From contig CAJINV010000002.1 of assembly GCA_905178155.1 (NCBI GenBank), forward strand, positions 7,036,743 to 7,100,742: a DNA stretch of 64,000 nt, in the 5' to 3' direction. A model generated the notes under the pieces. That model was not told where the DNA came from and did no database searches. It saw only the letters and a list, made by a program, of their open reading frames with translations. The translations under genes were made by a program, and so were the position numbers. Below are positions 46,365 through 58,500 of the stretch, piece by piece. Within the stretch, counting starts at the first letter, position 1. Every line of letters begins with the position of its first letter. The stretch comes from Amoebophrya sp. A120. Its lineage: Eukaryota; Protista; Dinoflagellata.

Positions 46365-49273
46365 ATGGCGGACGTTTCGGATCCTAGTGCAACTGCTGAG
46401 GCGAAAAAGCCCGTCGTGGTTATTGGTGGAGGCTTGGTCGGTTGCCTCTGTGCTGTGTTGCTGCAAAAGACAGAGAAGTTTCAAGTCACGGTGTACGAAA
46501 GGTATGTCAAAAATGATGATCATGGTTTGACCTTAGATTTAGCATCAGGGTCAGCTTGTTTGACACCATGCGACGCGGTTCGTTCTAGACTTCTACTACA
46601 GGGTTCGTCGTTGCTGGGTTGGTGTATGACGATCTTCAAAAGGAAACAACGATAATATGACTCATGTAGTTTTGGCATGTCAACAAGGTCAACAACGGGC
46701 CGCTGACCTCAGTAAAGAAAACTTATCACCAGGTATTCTGACATACGCACTATTCCGACTGGCGCGGGCCGGAGTATCAATCTGGTGATGACGCGACGCG
46801 GGCTGAAGGCGGCAGAGTTACTCGGAATGAAAGAGGATCTGGTCAACCTGTCTGTGAAGGTCCGAGGCCGAACGATGCACCAGCTGGACCGGAGTCAGGT
46901 GTTCCAAAAGTACGGACGAGAGGAGGATTGCAACTACAGCGTCAGCCGCTACGAATTGAACTGTTTCCTTTTGAAGGAGGCGGAAAGGCTCGGGGTGGAC
47001 CTGCTCTTCGGCTACAAGCTCAAGTCCGCCGACTTCGGGATGAAAGCTCCTGGAGGTGATAAAAGCAAAAACTCGGCCAAGGTAGAAAATGCCAACCCGG
47101 ACTACCGCACGAAGCTGGTCTTCATCCAAACCACAGACGCCACGAAGAATGCACCGAAGTCGCATAGTACTAGCACGACTGATGAAGCCCCCACAACCGC
47201 TGCTCCACCAACAGACGAGCAGTTGCACTCCGTCGAACTCGACCCGCACACGCCGGTTTTTGGCTGCGACGGCGGGCCGAGCGGACTGCGCTACTCGCTG
47301 CGGGACCAGGGCTTCTTGACGTTCAAAGAGGAGATTCTGGGCCAGAGCTACCGGGAGCTAATTTTCCCGAAAAACAGCGAGGGCGGCTACTGCATGGAGC
47401 CCAGCGCACTGCACATCTGGCCCAGGAGAACGCACATGATGATGGGTACTATCGAGTAGAGAAGTGTAGTTTTTGGTCTAAGAGTAAAGAATTTGGTTCT
47501 AAGGTTTTCATTGTGTAGTTGTTCTACCTAGTACCAAGATCATGTTGATGGTTAAACGAAAGTAAAATAAACGAAAACTCAAACTACTGATTAGTGCACC
47601 ACGACACTACATCAACCAGGTCTCGCGGATCGCGGCGGTACCTTCACGGGCACTCTCTACGTCGACAACGACGCGTGGTATGCATTGCAAAAGTGTCTGG
47701 GTCTGGAAGAGTGCAGGACTTGTCATGCTTGTCTGGCATGACTCTTGGATCTGTGATGCGTAAGCAGGAACGGGGCCTCCCGCCTGTCATGCAACAACGC
47801 AGTTTGCCATGCAGAAAACGAAGCACATGGCACGTGCAAAAACTTGTCATGCTTGGCTGCATATTGTACGTAGTGCGCCCACGACTCACAGATTTGCATC
47901 ACAAGTTTCCAGACCCAGACTTTTTTGCACTTGATACGTTGCCGCAGGACACAAAAGAAGCGGAAGAATTTTTTCAGCAGCACTACCCCTCTTCGGTCCC
48001 GCTTCTCGGCGGCATGGAGTCCGCCTGCGAGCAGTTACTGCGGAAGAAGCCCGGGATTTTGGGAACCATCTTCACGTCGAAGTACAACCTCCACGGGAAG
48101 GCGCTGTTGCTGGGCGATTCGGCGCATGCCATCGTCCCGTTTTTCGGCCAGGGGTGCAACTGCGGTTTTGAGGACTGCGTCATCTTGGATGACTTGTTGA
48201 AGAAACAGTGCGAGAAAATGGACCGACAAAATGTCACCGCGAAGGACTTTACCTTTGACGAGTTCTGGTACCCGGTCTTCGAGGAATTCCACGCGTTGCG
48301 AAAACCCTCCGCGGACGCGATCGCCAAGCTGGCGTTAGAAAACTTCGTGGAGATGCGGGAGCTGGTGGGGGACCGCGAGTTTTTGAAGTGCAAGCACGTG
48401 GAGAAAATCCTGGAAATGAAGATTCCGGAAAAGTTCCGGTCCCGGTACTCTCTCGTCTGCTACGGGAGCGCGGCGGTCGGAGGATTGAGCTACGCAAACG
48501 CGTTTGAACTCGGCCAAGTGTATGCAATGCAAAAGTATCGTAGTCGTATAAATGCATTACAAATTTTCTCAGCATGAGAAATAAAATTTGTATTGCGGAT
48601 TTGAATTAACAAATAGATTTGTAATGCATGATTGCAATACGAATACGATACTTTTGCACAGGATAAAGTGATCAAGGAGGTGATCTTGGAAATCGTTTTG
48701 AAATGCGAGGTATCAATCGCAAAAATGTCTGGGTCTGGAAGAAGACAAGATTTGTGATGCAGGTTTTCTATGGCCCATGAGGTCTGGAATGCGAGACCCA
48801 GCATGACAGATTCATCTTTGAGGTCTCTATCATACCATTCCTACATGAGAAACTACCTCTCAACTTGGTCAAAAGGGGACAGCTTTTGGCACTCATGCAA
48901 CACAGATTTCTGCATGATTCGGATTTAGCATGACAAGTTGCAATCTTCCAGACCCAGACATTTTTGCAATCCATACGAGGAAGTAATGAATGGAGGGGGG
49001 AGTGGCGTGTCCGCTTCAACAACCGCGAGCGAGGAAGCGAGTGAGGAGACGAAAGATGTTGGCAGTGATAAACCTACAACTTCCCCGTTGAAAGAGTACA
49101 TCTACGACTGGACGAGCTTACTGAAGGACGCGGAGAAGACGGAGCAAGAAGTGCAAAAATTGCAGGAAGATCAGGACGAAATGGTTTTGAAATACGGCGA
49201 GCCGCTGGTGGATGCGCGGATAGTACCGAAATGCAAGGAGTTGGGCATGGACCTCGGATTGATCTACGCGTGA
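46365..49273 (+). CDS. KMO: Kynurenine 3-monooxygenase (~606 aa)
   Basis: VIGGGLVG FAD motif, GRSINL..TRRG, SVSRYELN, GCDG..S, SYREL.FP, ALHIWPR, LLGDSAHAIVPFFGQGCNCGFED, AIAKLALENFVEMR. Two GT-AG introns (46502-46732, 47446-47619) and three introners; spliced length 1821 nt. Confidence 0.93.
47679..47936. mobile_element. Introner, family A
   Basis: TATGCATTGCAAAAGTGTCTGGGTCTGGAA...TTCCAGACCCAGACTTTTTTGCACTTGATA; DR CGTGG/CGTTG; removal gives YVDNDA(W/L)PQDT. Confidence 0.9.
48521..48665. mobile_element. Introner, family B (reverse orientation relative to 10019)
   Basis: TATGCAATGCAAAAGTATCGTA...TACGATACTTTTGCACAGGATA; DR AAGTG; removal gives ELGQV|IKEV. Confidence 0.92.
48711..48975. mobile_element. 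Introner, family A (reverse orientation relative to 58983)
   Basis: TATCAATCGCAAAAATGTCTGGGTCTGGAAGA...TCTTCCAGACCCAGACATTTTTGCAATCCATA; DR CGAGG; removal gives LKCEEVMN. Confidence 0.92.
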
Positions 49274-49879
49274 TGCAATTACTTTTTACCGATCTTATCC
49301 ACCTCCGAAACCGCTTTACCAACATTCTTGTTCGAAATTATTCTTTACGCTGTACTATCGCGAGATGATGGTTGAATTTTTGACGCTGTAATGTATGAAT
49401 ACTTCTTGCTTTACTCCTGGGAAAGAAATGAACTTCCTCGTCGTTCTAGCAGTGCGCAAGCATTTCATCTGTGTATCCAAGAACAAAAATGAAAAAACTG
49501 GAGAAGTTGTGATGATATTGTCTACTTCGTGTGCAGAGGACGTCAGACCACTACTTTCAGTCACATTTGTGGAGCCTCGCTCTGTATACATTTCGTATCT
49601 TAGGTGCTGGCATTTCTTTCTGCCGATCATGGAGCGCGCCTCTCTTTGAATTTGAAGATATTATGGTGTTCCTGCTGCAGCCGCGGCTCCGCCGTCGCTA
49701 TGCTTCAATTTAAAAACCTTTCGCGTATCATCAGCATTCCCCAGCAGAAAGAGCGTCGGTTGTTTCCTAGTACGGAAAATTTCGCTGCGCAACGACGACT
49801 TTATTGTGCAGCTCCCTTTCGCAGGTGGTGGCATCCTGCAAGTGTAAAACCAGTGTCTCCTCGAAGCACAAGTATCATC

Positions 49880-52800
49880 ATGACGTTCTGGCCCCAGTTC
49901 TTCTGCTTCGTACGTCGTTCTTCGTTCGCATTGCAGCTGACACTGCTCAGCTGTTTGTTCTTGCAAAACACCAAATCGGAGCGGTTTTTCCTGGACAGTG
50001 ATTTTCTTCCAAACACCGGGGAAACCGTTTTATTGCACGTCTTTCACACCGGCGGCGCAAAAACCACGAACGCAGCGTCCGCGCAGAGTTTTTCGGGGAT
50101 AGAAGCAGCTGGTAGCGGCCCTGCATCAAAAGCAGCACCTGTTGGTGGCAGCTATGGAACTGCAGCTGGAAACGGATTGTATGCAACCAATCCGAAAAAT
50201 CCACCGAGAGCAGCGGAGACCAAAACTGCAGCTGCAGCTGCTCTGCCCAGGTCAAAACCACCATCGCCGACGGGCAGCACCATAACTACGAGTGCGCCGA
50301 AGCCCAAAGCTGCAAGTATAGCTCTGGTGACTACAACTTCTCCGCCACCTGCCACGAAGCCATCACCATCGGCGACGACTGCAGCACCGATTGCAAAGGC
50401 GAAGTCCACCGCGCCACTCGCTGCAACTGCGGGCGATGTCGTGCCGAAAACACTTGAACAGACGAAGCCGCAGAGTTTGCTGGGATTGGGAGAGAAGCAA
50501 CTACAGAAATCTAACGCGACGACGGGAGCGGTGAGCAGGCCGGGTAAAAATGATGGTGGATCAACTTCTGTTGCTCTTCCTGCAGGTCGTACTACTGGTA
50601 CCAGCAACAGCACGAGCACCGCAGGAGCGCCAGGGTTGCTCGCGAGCAAGCCTAGTAGTGCTACAGCAATTGCGAATGCAACCGCGCTGGGGACGAGCTG
50701 GAGCAACGCAAAGACAAAAAACGAGACAGGTACAGACCACTCTCAGACGAGTGTAGCGAACACATACAAGAGTCCAGCTGTAGCAGCTAACAGGACGATT
50801 GAAAGTAGTACAAAGAAACTGACTGGAGCTGGACCTGCAGCAACGGCCGCCGGCGCCGCGCCATCCGTGTTGACGCAAAATCAAACTACAGCGACGAGTG
50901 CCAGCAGTCTTTATGATCGGGCAGCACTAAAGCCGAAGCCGAACGCAACGTCGGCCGCAAACGGTGCCACAGCGCAATTGGCTCTTGATCGAACAAAGGA
51001 ATACAGCTCAGCATCCGCGCCGTTAGCGACCGGAATATTGAAACATGTGGCCACGACGATAAATTCCACCACGACAGTTCCTCCGTCTGTATTGCAAGCC
51101 AGCGCGACACTGATAACCGGACTACCCCCTGCACCTGGACTTGATGTTGCACAATTGACAACTCTAGCGCCTGACGCCAAGGAGGTACAGGTTGTGAATT
51201 CGACCGTAGGAGCTAAGGTAAGTACACACGTGCCAGCACTCTCAGAGGTTTCTCCAAGGGTGGGAGGTTCGTCTACGTCCTCATATTCCTCTACAACAAC
51301 GGCGCCGCAACTTTCAAAAGTTGGGCAACCTCCGGTCGTAACCACGAATTCGACAAATAAAATTGTCGCCGCAACTGCGGCTGGTGCTGAACCAATTCCA
51401 CCTTCACTAAAAAGTGCCCAAGCTGCTAGTACAACATCCGCGCCGCCAGCCCCGGTTTCAGCACTGGCTCCGCCCAGAGCTGCCACTGGATACACAGGAG
51501 GTTTAGTAGAAGCAGCGGAAGGCGAAGGCGCGAGTGAGGAAGTCCCTCTGCCAGGCACAGCGCCTTCAACTATGGACGTAGATGACCGGCGGAGGAGGTT
51601 ACAAATGATCGCACAACCGAAGGTCGAGAGCCCCATTTTTGGCAATGAGTTCCTTCTAGACGTGGATACGAGAGCCTGGAAGACGAAAATACCGGAAAAT
51701 CTCGCCATAAACTACAGATTTGCGTTGATGCCCTATTCGACCTATCGGGCCGAATGCAAGAGCCAAGTTGGAAAGTGCGTCTGTGCAGCTAGTAGCACGA
51801 CCTCCGCAGCTGCGAAGGGCCTGAGAATTGTCCCGATCTCAAACAACAACAATCCCGGCGGCAACAAACCGAATACCTTCTTTACCAGGCGGAAAGTCAC
51901 GATAAAATCCTCCGGTAGTGAATTGGAGGAATACTATTTGCTGTTATTTGCAAATTGCAACCAGGAGAGGTTGGCGCCAGTTGCGAGAGGTGTGACAACG
52001 AGTTCTGCCGGTGATGCCGGAAACGAAGTATCCGTCAGGTTCTCCTACGGTTTTTTGAACGGCGTCAGCTTGGCAAAGCTCAAATTCTACCAAGTGCTCC
52101 TCATGGCCTATTTCGCGTTAGCTGTGGTGTGGGGCTGTATCACCCTGATGGCCAAGGTGTACTTTCGGGGGAAGGGGGAGGTACTTCTACTTACTTACTT
52201 CGATTGAAAAATTGAGCATGAGGATTGATGTTTTTGTTTGCCTTCCTCGTGATGTTAGCAGACCAGGCCTCAACAGCATCTCCTCGTACGAAAATCACAT
52301 GACACACTCACACAGGTAAACATCCTTCTGGTCCACCAGTACCTCACCCGGGTTCTCATCCTCTGCATCGTCGAGGTTTTCCTTTGGTGGGTGAAATTCT
52401 CCTCTTGGAATTCCACCGGATCGAGGCCCTGGACGCTGTTGTTCCTCGCGCGGATGGCGTATTCCTTGAAGGTTGGTATGTTCTGGGTCATGATTTCGTT
52501 GTTGGTGGCAAAGTGCTGCGGCGTCTACCGACTGATTCTCTCCTCGGATCACAAAATCACCGCTGGAAGCGTCGTGTCTTCAGGAGGAGCGGGAGGAAGC
52601 GGCGGTATTATAATCAATCTGATTTTTTTCTTCAAGAAGTGGAGATGGAGGCACTATCACGTGCAAACAAGTAAGTACTAGTTATTTCACCCTCGTGCAT
52701 AATCTTATCTGGGATGCTGTGGTAGGCATGTGATGTTTCCGTGTAGTTTGCCATCGTGTATAACATTATGTACTCACGATGGTTTCATGCGATGGAACTT

Positions 52801-54896
52801 CAATTTCCTTTCTTCAACGACAGGGCAGCAAACTTGCAGCCTGTTTAGCATGATCCGCGGTCAGTTTGGTGAGCGCGCGAAACGGGTGATGTGCGTTGCG
52901 GTCTGTTATATTTTCGGCGAGCTGTTCTGGCAGTGCATCTCGATTTACAAAAATCAACGGACCTTCATTCCCAGCACCGACAGGGGGCGATTTATCCGGG
53001 ACCGTTTGTTCTATGGGTTATCAGAGCTGATCTTCGTCGTCTTCATCGCATCCTGGATTCTGAAAACTTTGAAGGACAACGAACCGCTCATGCTGCAGAG
53101 CAAGAATGCGATGCTGATTCAGGTACTAAGCTGAGATAGTACAACTTGGAAGTCTGTGCGTCTTCAATGTGATTTTGTTCCGTACTCACAAAGGACAGAG
53201 CCAGACTCGGTTGGTGATTTGTCAGTCTCTAGCAAGGCTGCAAGCACAATTATGTTGCTGCACATACAAAAACCACCAGGCCTACTCCCGCATGCGCGCA
53301 GTCCTTCGCGTCACCTTCGCAGCTAAGATCCTGGTGCAGGGGTTGAAATACGTTTACTACCCGGTGAAGTTCCTTTTTTTCTACAATAGCTACCTGCAAG
53401 ACAGCAGCAAGGAAATTGCATTTTACGACTTGGGCGACAGCTACTACTTGCTCGAGGTGATCTTCCCGCACTTGCTGGATTTCTTCATTCTGTCTTCCCT
53501 CTTCCTGATTTGGTACCCCCGGCCAGAGTTCTCCCATGTGGACACGGAAGACAGCAGACTGGCCGTGCTGGAGGATCAGGAGATGGGGAAGGAGCAAGGG
53601 AACAGCGGTACTAGTGGTTCCAACAAAGCAGGAACAGCAGCCGCAGCGTCAACGTCTTCAACTTCTATTCTGGAAGTTGGCCTCTCGAGCCTGTTCGGCA
53701 GGTCGCGAAGTGCGACCCAAGCTTCTACTGCAAAAGTAGCCAAGAGCAGTATTGAGGATGACTTTGATCCGAACTTCAAACCTGCGACGTCAAGTTCGAG
53801 ATTTCATGACGACGACGAAATGGAAGATGACTTTGATCCGAATTTCGGCCAAAAGCAAACAGTGGCTGTGGATTTAGACGACGATGTTGGGATGGATAGC
53901 GGCAACCTCACTCCCGGAGAAATGGATATGAATTCGTTCCAGTTCCATCTCGACGAATTGTCGCGGACGGGCGGGGGTGCTAATACTAAATCACCTTCGG
54001 GAGGTGCTGGTACGAGTCGAGCGGGTTCTCCACAAGTGAAGTTGGATGCTGGTGCTGGAACGAAACAAGAACAGCCGAAGAATACGAGAGCTGTGCGGGG
54101 ATCAACATCCTCGTCGTCTTCACCTACTCCAAAGCAAGCGGATGCTGGAGCTCTTGCATCAAACCAAGCGGCAAGAGGAAGTGGAAGCGGAGGCGGCCTT
54201 GGTTTAGGCGTCGGCAGCGCGACGACAACCGGAGCGATAGAAATGACCACGAACAGCGCAAAGGCGATCAACCAAGCCGGCGGTGGATTGGGTTCGACGC
54301 GAACACAGGTTGCAAGCGGCGCTCCTTCGCCTGTTCGCACAACTGGCGAGCAGCCAACGAAGGTGAGACCAGCAGTGGATGTGAGCATAGCAACGGGAAC
54401 TGCAGCTGCAACAACAGCAGCGACTAAAGTAGAGGCTATGACTGCGTCTTCCTCCTCTCTCGCTCCTACCCCAACCTCTATCGGTATTGTCACGGCGAAC
54501 AGCGCAGCCAGCGCGTCCCGAATAGCAACGATGGACCCGACCGCGGCGTCGGGGGTGAAAATAGAGGGCGGAGTGATGTCTTTCGCAGCTGCACCGAAGG
54601 CCTCTTCGACCACACCGACTTCGATGTCAAGGAACTCGCCGGTAGGAGCAGATAGTGCGAAGAAAGCGGCGACGCAAGTGCCGCCGGGTGGATCTACTTC
54701 AGATGGGGGCTCGAAGGAGGCTGCGGGAGTGCTGCCTGCTGCTGGGGGAGAGCAATTATCTGGTAGTGGAGGCCCACCGAAAAAGTTTGCGATAAAATCA
54801 GCCCGACTCCGGCGAGGAGAGAAGGAGGATGGGGCTGCTCAGGGAGAGGTGGAGCCAGGAGGTTGGCAGAAAATGCCAGTTGCTGGTGCTCAATGA
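49880..54896 (+). CDS. GPR107/TMEM87 (Lung 7-TM receptor)-like membrane protein with mucin-like N-terminal region and low-complexity C-tail
   Basis: Signal-like N-terminus, long Thr/Ala/Ser/Pro region, YYLLLFANC, LKFYQVLLMAYFALAVVWG, VHQYLTRVLILCIVE, WNSTG, LSSLFLIWYP. Introns appear to be GT-AG, with some boundaries uncertain. Confidence 0.65.
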
Positions 54897-55589
54897 TAAG
54901 TGTAATGCACATGCGCATCTACTCGTGGCGAACGCGAACATGATCTGCTTACTGGCACGAATCCGAATTTCTTGAGGGTTCCTCGTATCATGAGTAGTAG
55001 TTAAAAAGGAGCAAAATATAGCGCAGTCGAATCAATCCTAACCCCAGGTGGAGGCACGCAGAAACTTGAAACTGAAGCTGAATGTACTCCCCGGACTCTG
55101 TTGATGATTGGGTAATTAACACGAAAACTGGAAGATGAGAGGCTTGGTTGTGACTCGCGCATTTGCAACATGCGGTCAGCGGAGGACCGCCTTTATCGGT
55201 CTTGTTTACTGGAGGTGCCGGCGTGTCGGTAAAATGTGAATTGCGATGTTCCAGTAACTAAAAGGAAAAGCTGTGCCTCCCTGCGCTACCATGTGTCTCG
55301 TCGTGTATATGCATCGTCGTGCCGTTCTTGGTGCGACTCTTCGTGGGTGGCTGGCTCTCTCCTCGATCTTTTTCGAGCCGAGGCGTGGCACCAAAAGCGT
55401 TGATCTTTTTTTGAAAGCACAGCAGAGAGAAGTACATATTCGAGTGGGGTGGTGACTTGCCGCAATGTATTACGAAGTAAATTTGGCTTGCTACCCGTCG
55501 TCGTTTGTCGCATCCAAAAGAAAGCACAGCTGAAAGGAGGCTCCTGCGACAGGATCACACGAGCAAGCGGCGTGCCTCGCAGTTACGGG

Positions 55590-58500
55590 ATGCCTAGCAG
55601 CAGACGAGCAAGACCATCATGGTGCGCGGCTGCGGCCGTGCCCACACACCAGCATTCTTTCAAGAGTGTGGTCGGAAGCCATTCATCACTTTTGCTTTTC
55701 CGTTTTTCATCGTCAGTGCTCGCATTGCTGCTCCTTCACCAGCCCTTTCCCTGCTTTGCCGCGAGTTTCTGGTCCTCCTTCTCCCCAACAGCAGGCAGCG
55801 TGGACACCGCAGTACGACACCAAACGCAAAAGGAGCCCTTCTTCACGGCATTCGGAGATCAACTTCGCCCGCATGTTGATTCTCCTGCCGCCGTCCCGGC
55901 CGCCCTCAGTGTCGGTCTGGATTCGCAGTTGCGCGGTTTGGTGACGAAGCAAACTTCATTGCCGTACTCTCCATCTTCGTCCATCGCAACGACCTATGGC
56001 CGTGGGGAATCCCCCCTCGCCGCATTTACAACTGCAGCGTTCCACCAGGGGCAGAGGAAAAAGTTCAGCATCAGTCCGCACTTCTGCGACGCAGCGCGCG
56101 TTTTCCACCGGTCGTGTGATTCAGGCTACAGCTCGTCGTCCTCGGACGATTCAAGGTCATCAGCGGGGCAGTCCGTGATAGAGTACGGCGATGTCGCAGA
56201 GCGTCGAGATAATTGCACATTCGGCCACGAGGAATTCGCATCGGGTAAGAACGGGAAAGAAGGAGATCGGCTCAGCCGCCCCGAGGAGGAGGACGAACAT
56301 TGCAATGAGCGACACGGCGGACCATGTCATGATCAGGAAGAAATCACTAACGATGTTGCCGCGAATCAAAATCTTGAGCTGGAAGCGAATGGCGGTCACG
56401 GAAATTATCCACCCATTGGCACACAACATCGAAGCAAGAGACTGCAGCACCCGCCCGCTTCGCCATCTGACGATCATTACAGTTTGACATCAAGTGCCTC
56501 CGAGCAGGTATTTTTGTCCTCTTCCCCAGCGTCCGGCTCGTCTCGCCAGGAAACGACGGGACCACTGGAGTTGACAACCTCCACATCTTCCGCTTCTTTC
56601 GTCGGTGGAAGTAGAGACGACAACGAGTCTGATGATACAGGAATGGGAGAGGGAACTGGCACTGGGTACTACGGTAACGAGAATGAAAAGCAAAGTGATT
56701 TGCGGGCGTCGTCGTCGAGATCGAGCGCTATGTCACCAAGACGAGCGTCAATGTGGTCTAGTCCGCGTCGTGCATTGAACCGCCGAACGCGCCGGCTGGA
56801 GCGATCGATTCTCCGGGACTCCATCAACCACCGGGGGTGCAATGTCATGACTCGTGATTGGAAGAAGGTCTTTCAACTTTTCAACTTGCTCAAAATCGGT
56901 TCTTGCGCAGAGGAAAAACAAATAGAGCAGGAGAAGGGCGACGACCGAGATCTCCACCCTGTGGGTGTCGAAGGAATTCTTGGGGCGAACGAGGACAGTG
57001 TTGGCGAAAGTAAAGCCCACAATCAGGAGCAGGACCACCAAAGAATCCAACCGCAATCATTGGAGTCGGAGCAGACGACGCCGCAGGAAATTTTTGTAAA
57101 ATCACAGCCCGCACCTGTCCACGCACCAGATACGCCTTCAACATTCTCCTCATCCATTGCATCAGCGACTTTGCCCCGCGGACCCGAGATGTTCACCATT
57201 TTCGGTGGTTCCTCCTCCTCTGGTGGCGGCGAAGAAGGGTCCAACGTTTCCTCAGTGGCTTGCTCACCTCCAGCGCCTGCTTCTTCTGTGTCCTCTTTGG
57301 CCGGCGCGAGCAGCTGTAGGTACAACCCCGGCTCCTCATCGTCCTGTGTGTCCTCCAGCCTGGGGAGCCGTCAGTCCTCGATGACCGAACCGGGGGAGTC
57401 TGTAATGCTGGTTCCGATGAACAGAAGCAATAGCTGCAATACGTCGAATACTCGAAGCCATTGCAGCGGGAGTGAAAATCACGCTGGTCCACCTCGCCGG
57501 CAAAAATCAAACGGCGACGCGGCTTCTTCATCCCCGCCTACGGTGTGTCGCTCCAATCTCCAAGAAGGGAAACGAATTCCACTCGTCCCAAAGAGCAGCA
57601 AGCGGTCCGCCGACCATTTTGCAGCAAGCAAACCAGTGGGTCCCCCAGACCGGTTTGGTGCGGTGCTCGGGCCGGCACGGAGGTGGAAACCGAAGGAGCA
57701 AGAGCAACCGCGGCAGGTTTCCGCTGCTTCTGCTGCGTCCGGCTCTACCAGCACGACGCGGGCACCGGCTCTGGAAGAGAGTGCTAATTCGTTTCACGTG
57801 CAGGATGAGGCTGAGGACCATCCCGAGTCGCCATCGGCGGTCGACGAGGAACTAGCACCCAGCTGCAGCACTCCCACGACGACAGCAATTATTGAGAATC
57901 AGCCACAACTACGACCAGAACACGACGATCAAAGTCAAGTTGTCCCTGATCCGGCCTGTCACGACCTCCTCATCCCCCGCACAACGCCTCCGGACAGCGC
58001 AAAAATTTACTACGATGAGAGCGTCAGCCTCTTCTCGCCCTCGCCGGTGTGCTTGAAAATCCGGCGATCCGGCACCATGCTGCGCTCCTGCACGGAATCG
58101 TGCGCCTATTCGCCGGATAACGACTTTCATTCCTTTTTGGAAAATGCGCAACACGGAAGAAAAGCGACACTATTGCGGCAGAAACTGAACTCCTTTCGCC
58201 GGGCACGGTCGGAGGAGGCGGGTTTGCGTTGTGATGTTCGAGGGCTTCGTGGATCATTTTCTTCAAATGCGGATAGCAGTAGTTCGAATCATGCACGCAC
58301 GATTTTTAGCGAAGACGACACGACCACCGGGGAGCATCAACATGATGTTGTGGTACGAAATCAAAGGCACCCTCCTCGGGCCTTTTGGTCCGCCACTCCG
58401 ACGGCGCACGCGCTACCGCAGATAAGTACGGACGGTTTTGATCCTGAAGAAGGAACTGCACATGCATCGCCGGGACAAAACGAAAGCAGCAGCTCTTCTA

